64,000 nucleotides of DNA from Armatimonadota bacterium (GTDB taxonomy: Bacteria > Armatimonadota > UBA5829), in assembly GCA_039679645.1 (NCBI GenBank), contig JBDKUO010000009.1, positions 74,324 through 138,323 of the forward strand, in the 5' to 3' direction. The notes beneath the pieces were generated by a model. The model did not search any database and was not told where the DNA came from. It saw only the letters and a program-made list of their open reading frames with translations. The position numbers and the translations under genes are program-made. The stretch's first letter is position 1. Every line of letters begins with the position of its first letter. Below are positions 38,584 through 48,447 of the stretch, one piece after another.

Positions 38584-41500
38584 CTACGGAGTCGCAGGAT
38601 TGAGTGAGTAGCCCAGTCCAGTGGCCATATATTGAGTATAACCACCATAACCGGTGCCTCCATAGGAATCGCTGTCAACGAACTGGCTGGAAAGCTTGAA
38701 CGTGCCGGTGTTGTTTACAACCTTAAAGAGTAAGCTGTTCAAGCCCTGATGAAGAGTGATGTTATATGAACCATCCTGCCCGATTGCGCAGCTTCGACCA
38801 GTAGGAAATTCCGATTCATCCTTCGTATACTGCAGGACTCCATTGACATATACCTTCAACCAGTCATCAGAACCGGTTACTATCGCCACAGCAGGCGCCT
38901 CGGTCTCGGACCACAAATACAGCTGAACATAAGCCGCTGAAGAGGCATTGGTTCCTCCGAGCACTGAGTTGATGTCGAGTATGCCATTAGCGCTTGTCCC
39001 CACAGTCCAGGTCTTGCCTGCGGTTGTAAGACCCGCAGACGGCATAACCGTCGTGCCGATTGATGTCTCACCGATGAAGTCCTCATCAATCAGGTCGTAA
39101 GCATTGGTTGGAGCAGGATCAGTGGTGAACGGACCAAGCACCAGATACTGGATCGGGTAGTCATATGCGCCCGTGAACGGCAGGGCGTGCATGTCATCTG
39201 CTCCGTAGACCCAGTCAGCTCTCTCATTTCTCATATAGAGAACGGGGCCGTCGGCATCCTTACCCACAACGCCACGCACTCTGATGTAGTCATCATTGAC
39301 GGGCTGAGTCATAGTCGTGCTGCAAAGTACCTTGATCGGACTGGCAGAGCCATCACTGATTGCGAAGTTTCCACTGCCTGCCGTGGAATTGGAGACCTTG
39401 CCCCAAGTGTCGACAAGCATTCCCTGGCTAATTGCATCAGCAGCGGCTTTGTTGTTCATTGCCATATCGGCAGGTAATGGACAGGCGGGGTCGGTGGTTG
39501 TTGTCAGGCGAGCTACCGTGCCTGCATTTATATATTTCTCACCGTCAGCAGTAACAGCAACAGTGCCATACACATAAACCCTATCACCGAAGTGTATACT
39601 GGAGGATACTCCGCTCTTGTATACACGCATACCTGCATTACGATCATCTGATTCTATGAATATAGTGTCGGTCGGAACACCACCTCCATCGCACGTTGCT
39701 GTAACGACAGCATCATTTATGATAGCTGCTTGACCAACTTCAAGTGCTCGTGCGCCACCAACTGTTGACTGCGCAGCAACCTTCGATGGATCGCGAAGTT
39801 CGATCTCCCACATAGATGGTGTGGAAGCAGATGACAGGCTTGTGACGCCGCCGACTACACCATACCTGGCAGACGTAATCGTTAATTTCCAGAGCTGTGC
39901 TTCCGGAACAGACGATGGGATCTTGATAACATCGACAGCAGTCTTCTGACCACCAATGTTTGTACCTGCTGTGATCTTTACCGGAAATGCAACAGTAGGA
40001 TTGGCACCGTAAAAATCAACAGGGAACCCGCGGTTATCAGTCACTGTGGTTGCATACGCTGGGTTCCAATTTACACCGTTGTCCGTGCTATACTCCAGAG
40101 TGTATGAAGCACCGGCAATCCACCACCAGTAGATCACAGCCTCGTCTATTTTCTGAGGCGATCCAAGGTCAATCGTATAGGTTACAGGCAAAGAAGTGGC
40201 CTGGCAGCGAGTAGCCCAACTACCTGTTACCAATCCATCAATTGCATTGGCTGCCGGATAACTGGTATTCTCATTTGATGCAGTGATTGTGCCAGTCCTT
40301 GCCCAGTCATACTTGGCACTTTCTAGAGTAAAGTCTGTGCCGGATATTTTTGTATTTGCGGCTGAAAATGTAACTGTAATATTATCACTGCCCTCATAAT
40401 TTAGCGCACAGGCAGCAACATTATACGATACCGGGAATGTGGCATCGGGATCAAACTTCGGCGTTATTTGATAGGTGCCGTCAGCGTTTGTTTTTGTCCA
40501 CATTCTATTGGGGTTATCAGCCAATGGCTGCGAGTATGTACTTACTGATACCCATGCATTCGCAATCGGGTTGCCATCGGCATCCTTAACCGTTCCGGTT
40601 ATACCCTCAGGAGCACTGATGCTGAAACCTGCCGGGAATTTGAACATTCTGCCCTTCAGGACGGCTAACACTGACCCATCATCATTTATTGCCAGATTGG
40701 GTGGAACCATGGTACAGCTGGTCGAACAAGTAGTGTATTTCAGGTCAGGAGCAAAGTACTCCCAAAGAATCTTACCGTATTCGCCCTCATCCCTTATGCA
40801 GTAGATTCGGCCGTTTCCGGAAGCAAGGTAAATTACATTCTTGCCATCGTTGTCGGTAATAGTGGCACAAGCCGTTGTATCGGAAGCGCCATCATCCGGC
40901 AAAACCATAGTCCACTTAATAACACCATTGTTCTGACCGCCATCCCAAATGGCAACCAGATTACCGGCTGGATTGCTGCCAGGAGGATATGACCATGAAG
41001 AGCCACTATCGCATCCTGGGTTGGTTCCGCCGCACACATATATCATATTACCTGAACCGAGTGCAGGTGAATAGGCATGGTTTCCACCAGTAGCAAGTTT
41101 GAACTTCACAGAACCATTTGATGTGTTATATGCAACAAACTGATTACTGCAAACAAAACCGACTTTGATCGCTGATCTACTCTGCATATAGGTCTGCTTG
41201 CCGGCGCAATATACCGTGCTTTCATCGTCGGAGAGCACTGGAGCACCCTGGAAACAACCAGCATTAGTATTTCCTGCTACGCCCCAAAGGTATGTTGAGG
41301 CAGTTCCATCATCGCGCAATGCAATAATGCTGGGAATGCCATCGTTAACGGAATGCTCATAGCATTGAAAACCAGTGCTATAGATAATGTTATTACCACC
41401 AAGGTAGCCTACTGCATATGATCCATGCATTCTGCCCTGGCCTTTACTGGCTGTGTTGAAATGCCACTTCTCAGTTCCATCCAGCGAATTATATGCCATC

Positions 41501-42162
41501 ACCGGACCCTGCGGATCAGCAGGAGAGCACCTCATATTACCCCAGTATACTGTTCCATCAGGACCGACTGCAATATTGGAATCGCAACTAAATGGTGTCT
41601 GAGAAGTTGCATATCCCGGATATGTGCAGATATACGTATTGATTTTCGGTGAGGTTATCCAGCCTGGGATTGTTCCATCTGCATTGATTTTTTTAATTAA
41701 CCCATGAGATGACGGAAGGTATCCAAGTGGGCTCAGTATCGACCAACTTGTGTCATTGCCACAAATGGTAATACCATTAAAAGCCACAACACTATCATCA
41801 TAGCCTACTTCGGCCTTGGTCTTGTACCATATAAAGTTCCCGTTGGTGTCGTACTTAGCAAGCGCAAAGTCAAAGTCGGCAAATAGATAAATGTTCCCAT
41901 CCGGATCAGTTTGTATACCGTTATGGGTAACCGACTTATTTGTATCCGTATTCCAACGGGCTGGAGTTGTTTGTGCATCAACATTCACCTGCCATTCAGG
42001 AATAGGTTTTGCAATTGATGTAGCTGCGCTGTTGTGGCCGCTATTGTGATAGTCATGTCCGGACTTCGGCCAGTTTTTACTCGGTATCTGTGCGTATGCC
42101 GATATTGACATCGCAAGGATGCAGCCTACTGCCAATAACACGATCCATTTTGCTTTCTGCAT
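38584..42162 (-). CDS. Large secreted multidomain protein, paralog 4 of 5
   Basis: The N-terminus is MQKAKWIVLLAVGCILAMSISAYAQIPSKNWPKSGHDYHNSGHNSAATSIAKP. It shares the domain order and the C-terminal module. The C-terminus is ...LNSLLFKVVNN...GYGGYTQYMATGLGYSLNPATP. Confidence 0.85.
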   Translation of the reverse strand: MQKAKWIVLLAVGCILAMSISAYAQIPSKNWPKSGHDYHNSGHNSAATSIAKPIPEWQVNVDAQTTPARWNTDTNKSVTHNGIQTDPDGNIYLFADFDFALAKYDTNGNFIWYKTKAEVGYDDSVVAFNGITICGNDTSWSILSPLGYLPSSHGLIKKINADGTIPGWITSPKINTYICTYPGYATSQTPFSCDSNIAVGPDGTVYWGNMRCSPADPQGPVMAYNSLDGTEKWHFNTASKGQGRMHGSYAVGYLGGNNIIYSTGFQCYEHSVNDGIPSIIALRDDGTASTYLWGVAGNTNAGCFQGAPVLSDDESTVYCAGKQTYMQSRSAIKVGFVCSNQFVAYNTSNGSVKFKLATGGNHAYSPALGSGNMIYVCGGTNPGCDSGSSWSYPPGSNPAGNLVAIWDGGQNNGVIKWTMVLPDDGASDTTACATITDNDGKNVIYLASGNGRIYCIRDEGEYGKILWEYFAPDLKYTTCSTSCTMVPPNLAINDDGSVLAVLKGRMFKFPAGFSISAPEGITGTVKDADGNPIANAWVSVSTYSQPLADNPNRMWTKTNADGTYQITPKFDPDATFPVSYNVAACALNYEGSDNITVTFSAANTKISGTDFTLESAKYDWARTGTITASNENTSYPAANAIDGLVTGSWATRCQATSLPVTYTIDLGSPQKIDEAVIYWWWIAGASYTLEYSTDNGVNWNPAYATTVTDNRGFPVDFYGANPTVAFPVKITAGTNIGGQKTAVDVIKIPSSVPEAQLWKLTITSARYGVVGGVTSLSSASTPSMWEIELRDPSKVAAQSTVGGARALEVGQAAIINDAVVTATCDGGGVPTDTIFIESDDRNAGMRVYKSGVSSSIHFGDRVYVYGTVAVTADGEKYINAGTVARLTTTTDPACPLPADMAMNNKAAADAISQGMLVDTWGKVSNSTAGSGNFAISDGSASPIKVLCSTTMTQPVNDDYIRVRGVVGKDADGPVLYMRNERADWVYGADDMHALPFTGAYDYPIQYLVLGPFTTDPAPTNAYDLIDEDFIGETSIGTTVMPSAGLTTAGKTWTVGTSANGILDINSVLGGTNASSAAYVQLYLWSETEAPAVAIVTGSDDWLKVYVNGVLQYTKDESEFPTGRSCAIGQDGSYNITLHQGLNSLLFKVVNNTGTFKLSSQFVDSDSYGGTGYGGYTQYMATGLGYSLNPATP

Positions 42163-42254
42163 TATATGTCCTCTCCTCTCTTATTGTCATCTCTTTGTTG
42201 TAGAGATGGTTAAGCACAAACATTGTTGCTTGCGCAAAAACTCCGGTAATGAAA

Positions 42255-42370
42255 TCCTCCCTTCACGAATACGAGGGGGCTTTCTTTGAAGCCCTCAACG
42301 CATAATTTACCGAGGAGTAGCCGCCTCGTATTTTCGAGGCGGCGTCCTCTTTCACGGCCACTACGCTTTA
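42255..42370 (-). promoter_or_regulatory. Conserved structured leader of paralog 4
   Basis: cgagggggctttctttgaagccctcaacgcataatttaccgaggagtagccgcctcgtattttcgaggcggcgtcc. Hairpin B is a perfect 9-bp stem here. Confidence 0.5.
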
Positions 42371-42675
42371 ATGATGCGTACCAGGATATTAGCTGAGAAA
42401 CACGCAGTACGCCACCGAAAAATGATCAAACTGTAACGAAAAACGGTTATGCGCGCTTTCTACGGATTACAGTGATTGACGATTTTACAATCTGCGCTAC
42501 AGTTAATGCTACAGCATATGTGACAAGGGCATTATGCTTTCTCTTTACTTGTTTGTCAATAGGGAATTTGCTGCGTTATGCAAAATATTTCATAATTAAA
42601 ATGTCGCTAACCGGAGGAATAGAATTGCTGATGCAAATAGATCATATTGCATTGTAAAACGAGGGGGCTTTATGA

Positions 42676-42712
42676 GAAATCAGGTGGGGTCTGTTGACCC
42701 CACCTGATTTCG
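42676..42712 (-). terminator. Terminator-like hairpin downstream of paralog 5
   Basis: aatcaggtggggtc-tgttg-accccacctgattt. Confidence 0.5.
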
Positions 42713-42755
42713 TTATCTATTGTGTGCGAAGAATCCGCACATTTTGTCGTTTGCC

Positions 42756-45700
42756 CTACGGAGTCGCAGGGTTGAGTGAGTAGCCCAGTCCGGCGAATGG
42801 AGTGTAACCACCATACCCGGTTCCTCCATAGGCCTCGACATCAACTATCTGGCTTGCAAGAGCGAAGCCACCATCACCGTTGACAACTTTGAACAGTATA
42901 CTGTTCAGACCCTTATTCAGCGTGATAGCAGTCGGACCATCTATACCGATGGTGCAACCGCGTGCTGCGTCAATACTGAATGCCTGAGCGCCGTTGACGA
43001 AATACTTAAGTGCGTCATCGGAACCAGTCACCAATCCAACGCTTGGCGAAGCAGTCTCGGACCATACATAGAGGTATACGTATGCAACTGCATTCGGTGT
43101 CACTCCACCAAACGCAGCATTCAGATCCAGAATGCCGTCAGCACTTGTCGCTGTGAACCAAGTCTTGCCCGCGGTCGCAAGGCCATCAGCCGGCATAATC
43201 GTTGTGCCGATCGATGTCTCTCCAATGAAGTCCTCAGCAAGAAGCTGAGTTCTGGTCTTGCCCTCATCCGTATACGGACCGAGCACCAGATACTGGATCG
43301 GATAGTCGTATGCGCCGGTAAACGGCAGAGCGTGCATATCGTCCGAATCATAGGCCCAGTCTGCCCGCTCATCTCTCATGTAGAGAACCGTGCCGTCAAG
43401 ATCTTTGCCGACAACACCGCGGACTCTGATGTAATCATTATCCGCAGGCATGGTAGCCGTACTGCTGCACAGTACCTTGATCGGCGAAGCAGAACCGTCG
43501 CTGATCTTGAAGCTGCCGGTTGCAGAGTCAGAGACCTTGCCCCATGTCTTGATGAACATACCCTGAGACACGCTGTCACCAGCAGCCTTGTTGTTCATGC
43601 TGAGTTCGGCAACCGCAGGACCGTCAGGAGAGGCGGTCGTCGTCGCGCGGGAAATAGAGGTAGCAGCAATGTATTTCTCACCATTGGCAGTGTAGATTTT
43701 ACCGGCAATGTTGACCTTGTCGCCAAACTGTATCGTCGCCGGCATGCCGGTCATCTGAACCTTGATGCCTGCTGTGCGGTTTGCTTCCTCTACGAAGATC
43801 GTGTCAGTAGCCACGCCGCCGCCAGCAGTAGCAGTGACTACCGCGCCGTTGACTTTGACTGGATCACCTTCTTCGCCGGACTTTGCACCTGCGATAGTAG
43901 GCTCAAGCGCTTCCTTTGACGGGTCGCGGAGTTCGACTTCCCAGATAGATGCGTAAGGTGATCCATTCTTTGTAGAAGTATAGCTTCCTACAACACCGTA
44001 ACTGGCTGCACTAACGTTTAGTCTCCAATACTGTGCGCTCACAGACGGGAACTTGATAACAGCCACAGCGGTCTTCTGTCCGCCAGGACCGACATTAACG
44101 GCAGCATATGGAGGACCGGAGATCGTAGGATCGGCGGCATACCAGTCAATCGGGAAACCGCCGTTGCCTGCTGTGGTTTCGTAGGGTTTTCCGTATATAC
44201 CCGGAGTTGTCCAGTCAGTGCCATTCTTGCTGTATTCCAATGAATAGCTGCTCGGACACATCCACCAGGAGTAGATCACAGCTTCATTTACTGATCTTTC
44301 CTGTCCAAGATCTATGGTCAGAACAGGAGCTGAGCCTGTTGATGCAAAACGAGTAGCAGTGTCCCCGGTCGCAAATCCATCAACAATGTTGACAGCCGGA
44401 TAGCTGCTGTTTTCATCCGTGCTGGTTACACTGGAACCAATCGCCCAGTTGAACTTAGCCTTACCAAGAGTGAAGTCCTTGGTGATCTTATCTGTGAATG
44501 CATTGATGGCAGCTGTCTGATTAGCGCTTCCCTCGTAACCGACCGCACTCGCCGCCACATAGTATGTGCCGACGGTGTCCGGCGATATCTGATAGGAACC
44601 ATCAGGGTTAGTCTTCGTCCAGAACCTGCTTGCGTTGTCGGCAAGAGGATTGGTAGATGTAGATGCGGACACCCATGCGCCTGCAATAGGATTGCCGTCG
44701 GCATCCTTGACTGTTCCACTTATGCCTTCAGGGCTGTTGGGATTGAAACCAGCCGGGAACTTGAAGAGCTGATCGTTGAAGGCAACATACAATGTGCCGT
44801 CATCAGCCACAGCCGGTGTCGGCGGTGTATAACCTACACTGCCCCAGCAGCAGAACTTCAGATCAGTTGCCTGCCAGGTCCAGAGGAGCTTGCCATAAGT
44901 GCCCTGATCCTGTATGCAGAAGAGTCTGCCGTTACCGGTTGCAACATATATAACAGTCGGTGTCGTGTTGATTGTCGCTAAAGCCGAGGTATCGGAATCG
45001 ACATCATCAGGCAGTTCATATGTCCACTTGACCGTAGCGGAACTGCCGTTATCTGTGACGGCAATGACCTTGCCCGGAGTATTGATCGGAGGCACGTCAG
45101 TCTTTGCGCCGGTCCTAAAGTGACCGCCGACAACGTATATCGTACCGTCGGCGCCAAGCGCAGGAGATACTGCGTGTGTGCCACCGGTCTGTATCGACCA
45201 CTTCTTTGCACCAGTGTCGGCATTATATGCAAACAGAGTGTCCGGATAGGTATAAATGACATTGGTGTTTTCGCTATGCCATGCCCAGCCATCGCGGCCT
45301 GCTACATAGAGCGTTGCTCCATCACCTGAAAGCACCGGGCCTGATGTGAAGAATCCGGTGTTGGTATAGTCGGCTGTCCAGAGCAGGGTTGCATTTGTGC
45401 CGTCATCGCGCACTGCAAATAAATCGTTCATGAACTCGCCAGGAGCACATTCTTCATAGTATACGCCGCCGGAATTGTAGATGACGTTTTTCAATCCGCC
45501 GCCATAACTTACCTGCTTGACAGCACAGGAGCCGAGGCTTCGACCCACGCCGTATGTGTTGTAAGTCCAATTGACCGTGCCGTTAGACGGGTTAATCGCC
45601 TTCAGGGGGCCATAGGGGCCATAAAATGAATACAGCATATTGCCCAAATATATGGTACCATCAGGACCAACAGCCGCGGAAGAATTGGTACCATAACCAC

Positions 45701-46256
45701 GATATCCGCCCAGCGACGAGTGGCCTGTGCTCGGATCATTGAGGGCTTCGGATTCCCATATAAACGCACCGGTGCTCGTATTTCCAGCACCTATCGTTGC
45801 ATGGGAGTTGGAGTAAACTGGAGGGTTGCCGCCATCATCATCTTCACCGCCCATCCAGGCGAGGATCATCTCAGTGGTGCCATTGCTCCAGATTGTCGGA
45901 CCGTTATACCAGCCATGGTTATCGTTGGAGGTAAAACCAGAGGCCTGCCACATCTGACTTCCATCTGCGGAAGAATACTTGCCCAGACCGAAATAGTCGT
46001 CCCACTGAACGTATATGTTTCCGTCAGGACCGATTTTGACACCCTCGTATGAGGGAATCTCACCCTGAACCACCTCAATCGTATGCCGCCAACTCGGAGC
46101 CGGCTTTGCAATTGAAGTTGCCGGGCTCTTGCTGCTGTTGTAGTAGTCACGCCCGGATTTTGGCCAGTTTGTCGACGGTAGCTGCGCATATGCCGATATC
46201 GACATTACACAGATACAGACGATGGCCAACAGTGTAATCCATCTTGCTTTTTGCAT
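42756..46256 (-). CDS. Large secreted multidomain protein, paralog 5 of 5
   Basis: The N-terminus is MQKARWITLLAIVCICVMSISAYAQLPSTNWPKSGRDYYNSSKSPATSIAKP. The C-terminus is ...LNSILFKVVNGDGGFALASQIVDVEAYGGTGYGGYTPFAGLGYSLNPATP. Confidence 0.85.
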   Translation of the reverse strand: MQKARWITLLAIVCICVMSISAYAQLPSTNWPKSGRDYYNSSKSPATSIAKPAPSWRHTIEVVQGEIPSYEGVKIGPDGNIYVQWDDYFGLGKYSSADGSQMWQASGFTSNDNHGWYNGPTIWSNGTTEMILAWMGGEDDDGGNPPVYSNSHATIGAGNTSTGAFIWESEALNDPSTGHSSLGGYRGYGTNSSAAVGPDGTIYLGNMLYSFYGPYGPLKAINPSNGTVNWTYNTYGVGRSLGSCAVKQVSYGGGLKNVIYNSGGVYYEECAPGEFMNDLFAVRDDGTNATLLWTADYTNTGFFTSGPVLSGDGATLYVAGRDGWAWHSENTNVIYTYPDTLFAYNADTGAKKWSIQTGGTHAVSPALGADGTIYVVGGHFRTGAKTDVPPINTPGKVIAVTDNGSSATVKWTYELPDDVDSDTSALATINTTPTVIYVATGNGRLFCIQDQGTYGKLLWTWQATDLKFCCWGSVGYTPPTPAVADDGTLYVAFNDQLFKFPAGFNPNSPEGISGTVKDADGNPIAGAWVSASTSTNPLADNASRFWTKTNPDGSYQISPDTVGTYYVAASAVGYEGSANQTAAINAFTDKITKDFTLGKAKFNWAIGSSVTSTDENSSYPAVNIVDGFATGDTATRFASTGSAPVLTIDLGQERSVNEAVIYSWWMCPSSYSLEYSKNGTDWTTPGIYGKPYETTAGNGGFPIDWYAADPTISGPPYAAVNVGPGGQKTAVAVIKFPSVSAQYWRLNVSAASYGVVGSYTSTKNGSPYASIWEVELRDPSKEALEPTIAGAKSGEEGDPVKVNGAVVTATAGGGVATDTIFVEEANRTAGIKVQMTGMPATIQFGDKVNIAGKIYTANGEKYIAATSISRATTTASPDGPAVAELSMNNKAAGDSVSQGMFIKTWGKVSDSATGSFKISDGSASPIKVLCSSTATMPADNDYIRVRGVVGKDLDGTVLYMRDERADWAYDSDDMHALPFTGAYDYPIQYLVLGPYTDEGKTRTQLLAEDFIGETSIGTTIMPADGLATAGKTWFTATSADGILDLNAAFGGVTPNAVAYVYLYVWSETASPSVGLVTGSDDALKYFVNGAQAFSIDAARGCTIGIDGPTAITLNKGLNSILFKVVNGDGGFALASQIVDVEAYGGTGYGGYTPFAGLGYSLNPATP

Positions 46257-46399
46257 TATCTTGCAGTCTCCTTTCTAACATGTCACTCCTTGTGGAGTTA
46301 GTCTGACGCACGGACTTTCACAGCGTGCGAAGTGAACTGACGAAAAAGGGAATGGTTTATCCGGCCGCATTCATGGTGTCTGCTATTCCCCACCTCGTC

Positions 46400-46515
46400 T
46401 TCTTCTCAGTGCAGGAGCCTTCTCTGAGGTTCTCAGCACTTTTTTGCGGGCGAGCGCCACCTCCAATACAGAGGTGGCTCACCCGCACTCTCACTTACCG
46501 GCCACTTGTCAAGGA
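46400..46515 (-). promoter_or_regulatory. Diverged copy of the conserved leader upstream of paralog 5
   Basis: Hairpin B is replaced by gccacctc-caataca-gaggtggc, with G-to-A and C-to-T covariation that keeps the stem intact. accggccacttgtc corresponds to the ggccactat box. Confidence 0.4.
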
Positions 46516-46759
46516 TTCAGAAAGTTAGCTTACTATCCTGACTCTATGACTTACCTTTGTTTTACCATGCTCATCCGTGTTTGTCAATGGAATTGTGCGG
46601 TTTTGTGCAGATTTATTTTGTCACAGCCACTATCGCACTTCTTTTGTGACTCATAGCAACAGCTATTGAGGCAATATCTGATCGGTGATGAGCGGTTCGA
46701 ACATCGGAGCGTAGATGCGCTGAGGTTAATTTAGTGAGGCTGCATGGAATTGAATGTGC

Positions 46760-47788
46760 TTATTTGTTCTTTTGGTAGAACCATTTGTGATCGAAGGACT
46801 TGAGGATCAGGCTGGTGCCGGTGGAATCATATGACCAGTATGTCAACAGAATCTTGCCGTCAACATGCGTAATGCTGACATAGGTGGAGTTACTGCTGTC
46901 ATCTATCACTCTAATGTGGCTCCAGCTCTTTCCATCGTCTTTAGAAATAGCCGAGTTCAGCGGACAGCGTCTTTGTTCATCGAAGTTCCAGACCAAAAGT
47001 AGATCGCCGGTGGCGGGAATTCGAGCAATCGTGGCCGGCGCTTTCGGCGCTACAAGCTCCCGTACACGAACCGGGCGTGTCCAGGTTCTGCCCTGGTCTT
47101 TTGAATAGCTCTTTGCCAGACAACCCATTTCGGTGCTGACGAACATCATCACTCTGCCGTCTCTAAGCTCCACAACTGCCGGGTTGTCCGCACCATAGCT
47201 GCTTGACGGATCAATTGTTCGGATGTCCACATCCTCACTCTTGCGCCAAGTTTTACCATAATCATCTGAGTAGGCAGTGAAACCTATTATGGTTTTGTCA
47301 TTTGCCCATCCGGACCATGCGGCAGCCAAAATACGTCCGCTGCCGAGTTGGATCAACCTGTTGTTGCTGATTCCTGTATATCTGGAATACCAGGCTGGCG
47401 GAACCTCCAATTTGACCCGAGGACTCCATGTTTTGCACTCATCTGAGGATTTTCGGAAGTAAACATTGCGGTCTTCAAGAGATTCCTTTACGCCATAAGA
47501 TATCAGGATCTCGTCGTTTTGCATGCGAAGTAGAGAAACCGAGTACGTTGCGATATTGCCTTCATTCGGCAGCAGCACACTATCGTTGCACCAGGTTTTG
47601 CCGCCATCAGATGATGTGATACATCTTATCTCGGCGGCATCCATGTCGTTTTTCCCACACCACTGCCCGTATGCCAGCAGCAAATCGCCATTCTTCAGGC
47701 GAATCATATCCGCTTCACCATTATGCGGGTGTTCGGGTGTGGAAGGAACCAGTATTACCGACTCAGGTTCGGGAATCTCAATCCGCAT
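46760..47788 (-). CDS. BNR/Asp-box repeat glycosyl hydrolase (sialidase-like, GH33-like), with no signal peptide
   Basis: Four Asp-box motifs are present: SSDGGKTW, SDDYGKTW, SKDQGRTW and SKDDGKSW. Confidence 0.6.
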   Translation of the reverse strand: MRIEIPEPESVILVPSTPEHPHNGEADMIRLKNGDLLLAYGQWCGKNDMDAAEIRCITSSDGGKTWCNDSVLLPNEGNIATYSVSLLRMQNDEILISYGVKESLEDRNVYFRKSSDECKTWSPRVKLEVPPAWYSRYTGISNNRLIQLGSGRILAAAWSGWANDKTIIGFTAYSDDYGKTWRKSEDVDIRTIDPSSSYGADNPAVVELRDGRVMMFVSTEMGCLAKSYSKDQGRTWTRPVRVRELVAPKAPATIARIPATGDLLLVWNFDEQRRCPLNSAISKDDGKSWSHIRVIDDSSNSTYVSITHVDGKILLTYWSYDSTGTSLILKSFDHKWFYQKNK

Positions 47789-47978
47789 TGACTATGCTCC
47801 CTGGATAGTACACTGCATTTATTTTGACTATATAATAATACACGCTCCGGCAGAATAAACGCAACTAGAAATTTGCTTCTATACCATATATATATAACCC
47901 TTCTTAATGGAAATATTTGTACATAGTGACACTAAGCCGCGCTTTTTAATTCGCGCGGCTTAGAAGCTATATCCATTT

Positions 47979-48425
47979 TCAGAAAGGATCCGAGGGAGGG
48001 ATGTTTCCGGCGACCGGCACATTGAACGAAAACTGTTCATGAGACTGCAAGCTGTTGGCATCTACTGCGTATATGACAACCGTACAGGTCAGGGAAGCCG
48101 ATGATATGTTGGACGGAGCGGTCACAACAGCCTGATAAGTGCTGCCGCTACTTAGCGTCATCGCCTTTTCAGATATCAGTTTACCGCCTTTGCTTACAGC
48201 AGCCTTCACAGAGCTAATAGAGGAAGCATCCGTCACATCAGCCATAATCGTCACGTTTCCCCCTACAAATGTAAGGGATGACGTGTCTGCCTTCATATTT
48301 TCTATTTTCGGACCACTTGTATCCGGCGCAGGCGTTCCGCCTCCGCCGCCACCACATCCGGCAACCAATACTACACCAATGCATGCAATTACCAGCACCG
48401 CAGTATTTGTTTTAATCAACTTCAT
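47979..48425 (-). CDS. Small lipoprotein (lipobox LVAGCGGGGGG, Ig-like body)
   Basis: MKLIKTNTAVLVIACIGVVLVAGC is followed by a Gly run. It is a paralog of the gene at 61574-62035. Confidence 0.6.
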   Translation of the reverse strand: MKLIKTNTAVLVIACIGVVLVAGCGGGGGGTPAPDTSGPKIENMKADTSSLTFVGGNVTIMADVTDASSISSVKAAVSKGGKLISEKAMTLSSGSTYQAVVTAPSNISSASLTCTVVIYAVDANSLQSHEQFSFNVPVAGNIPPSDPF

Positions 48426-48447
48426 TATATTTGAATCTCCCAGCTAA

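Noticed and set aside
24658-42712. Regularly spaced GC-rich hairpins (caggtgg...ccacctg and gtgcgg...ccgcac) as a possible CRISPR array or REP-type repeat
   Set aside because: The spacing is about 4.5 kb, which is one per gene. Each hairpin sits directly after a stop codon and is followed by a U-tract. They are gene terminators duplicated along with the paralogs, not CRISPR repeats.
24744-46256. PEP-CTERM or T9SS-type C-terminal sorting signals on the five paralogs
   Set aside because: The C-termini have no hydrophobic helix and no basic cluster, and the conserved tail is Gly/Tyr-rich. PEP-CTERM is therefore rejected for these proteins. It is accepted only for the 257-aa protein at 2422-3195.
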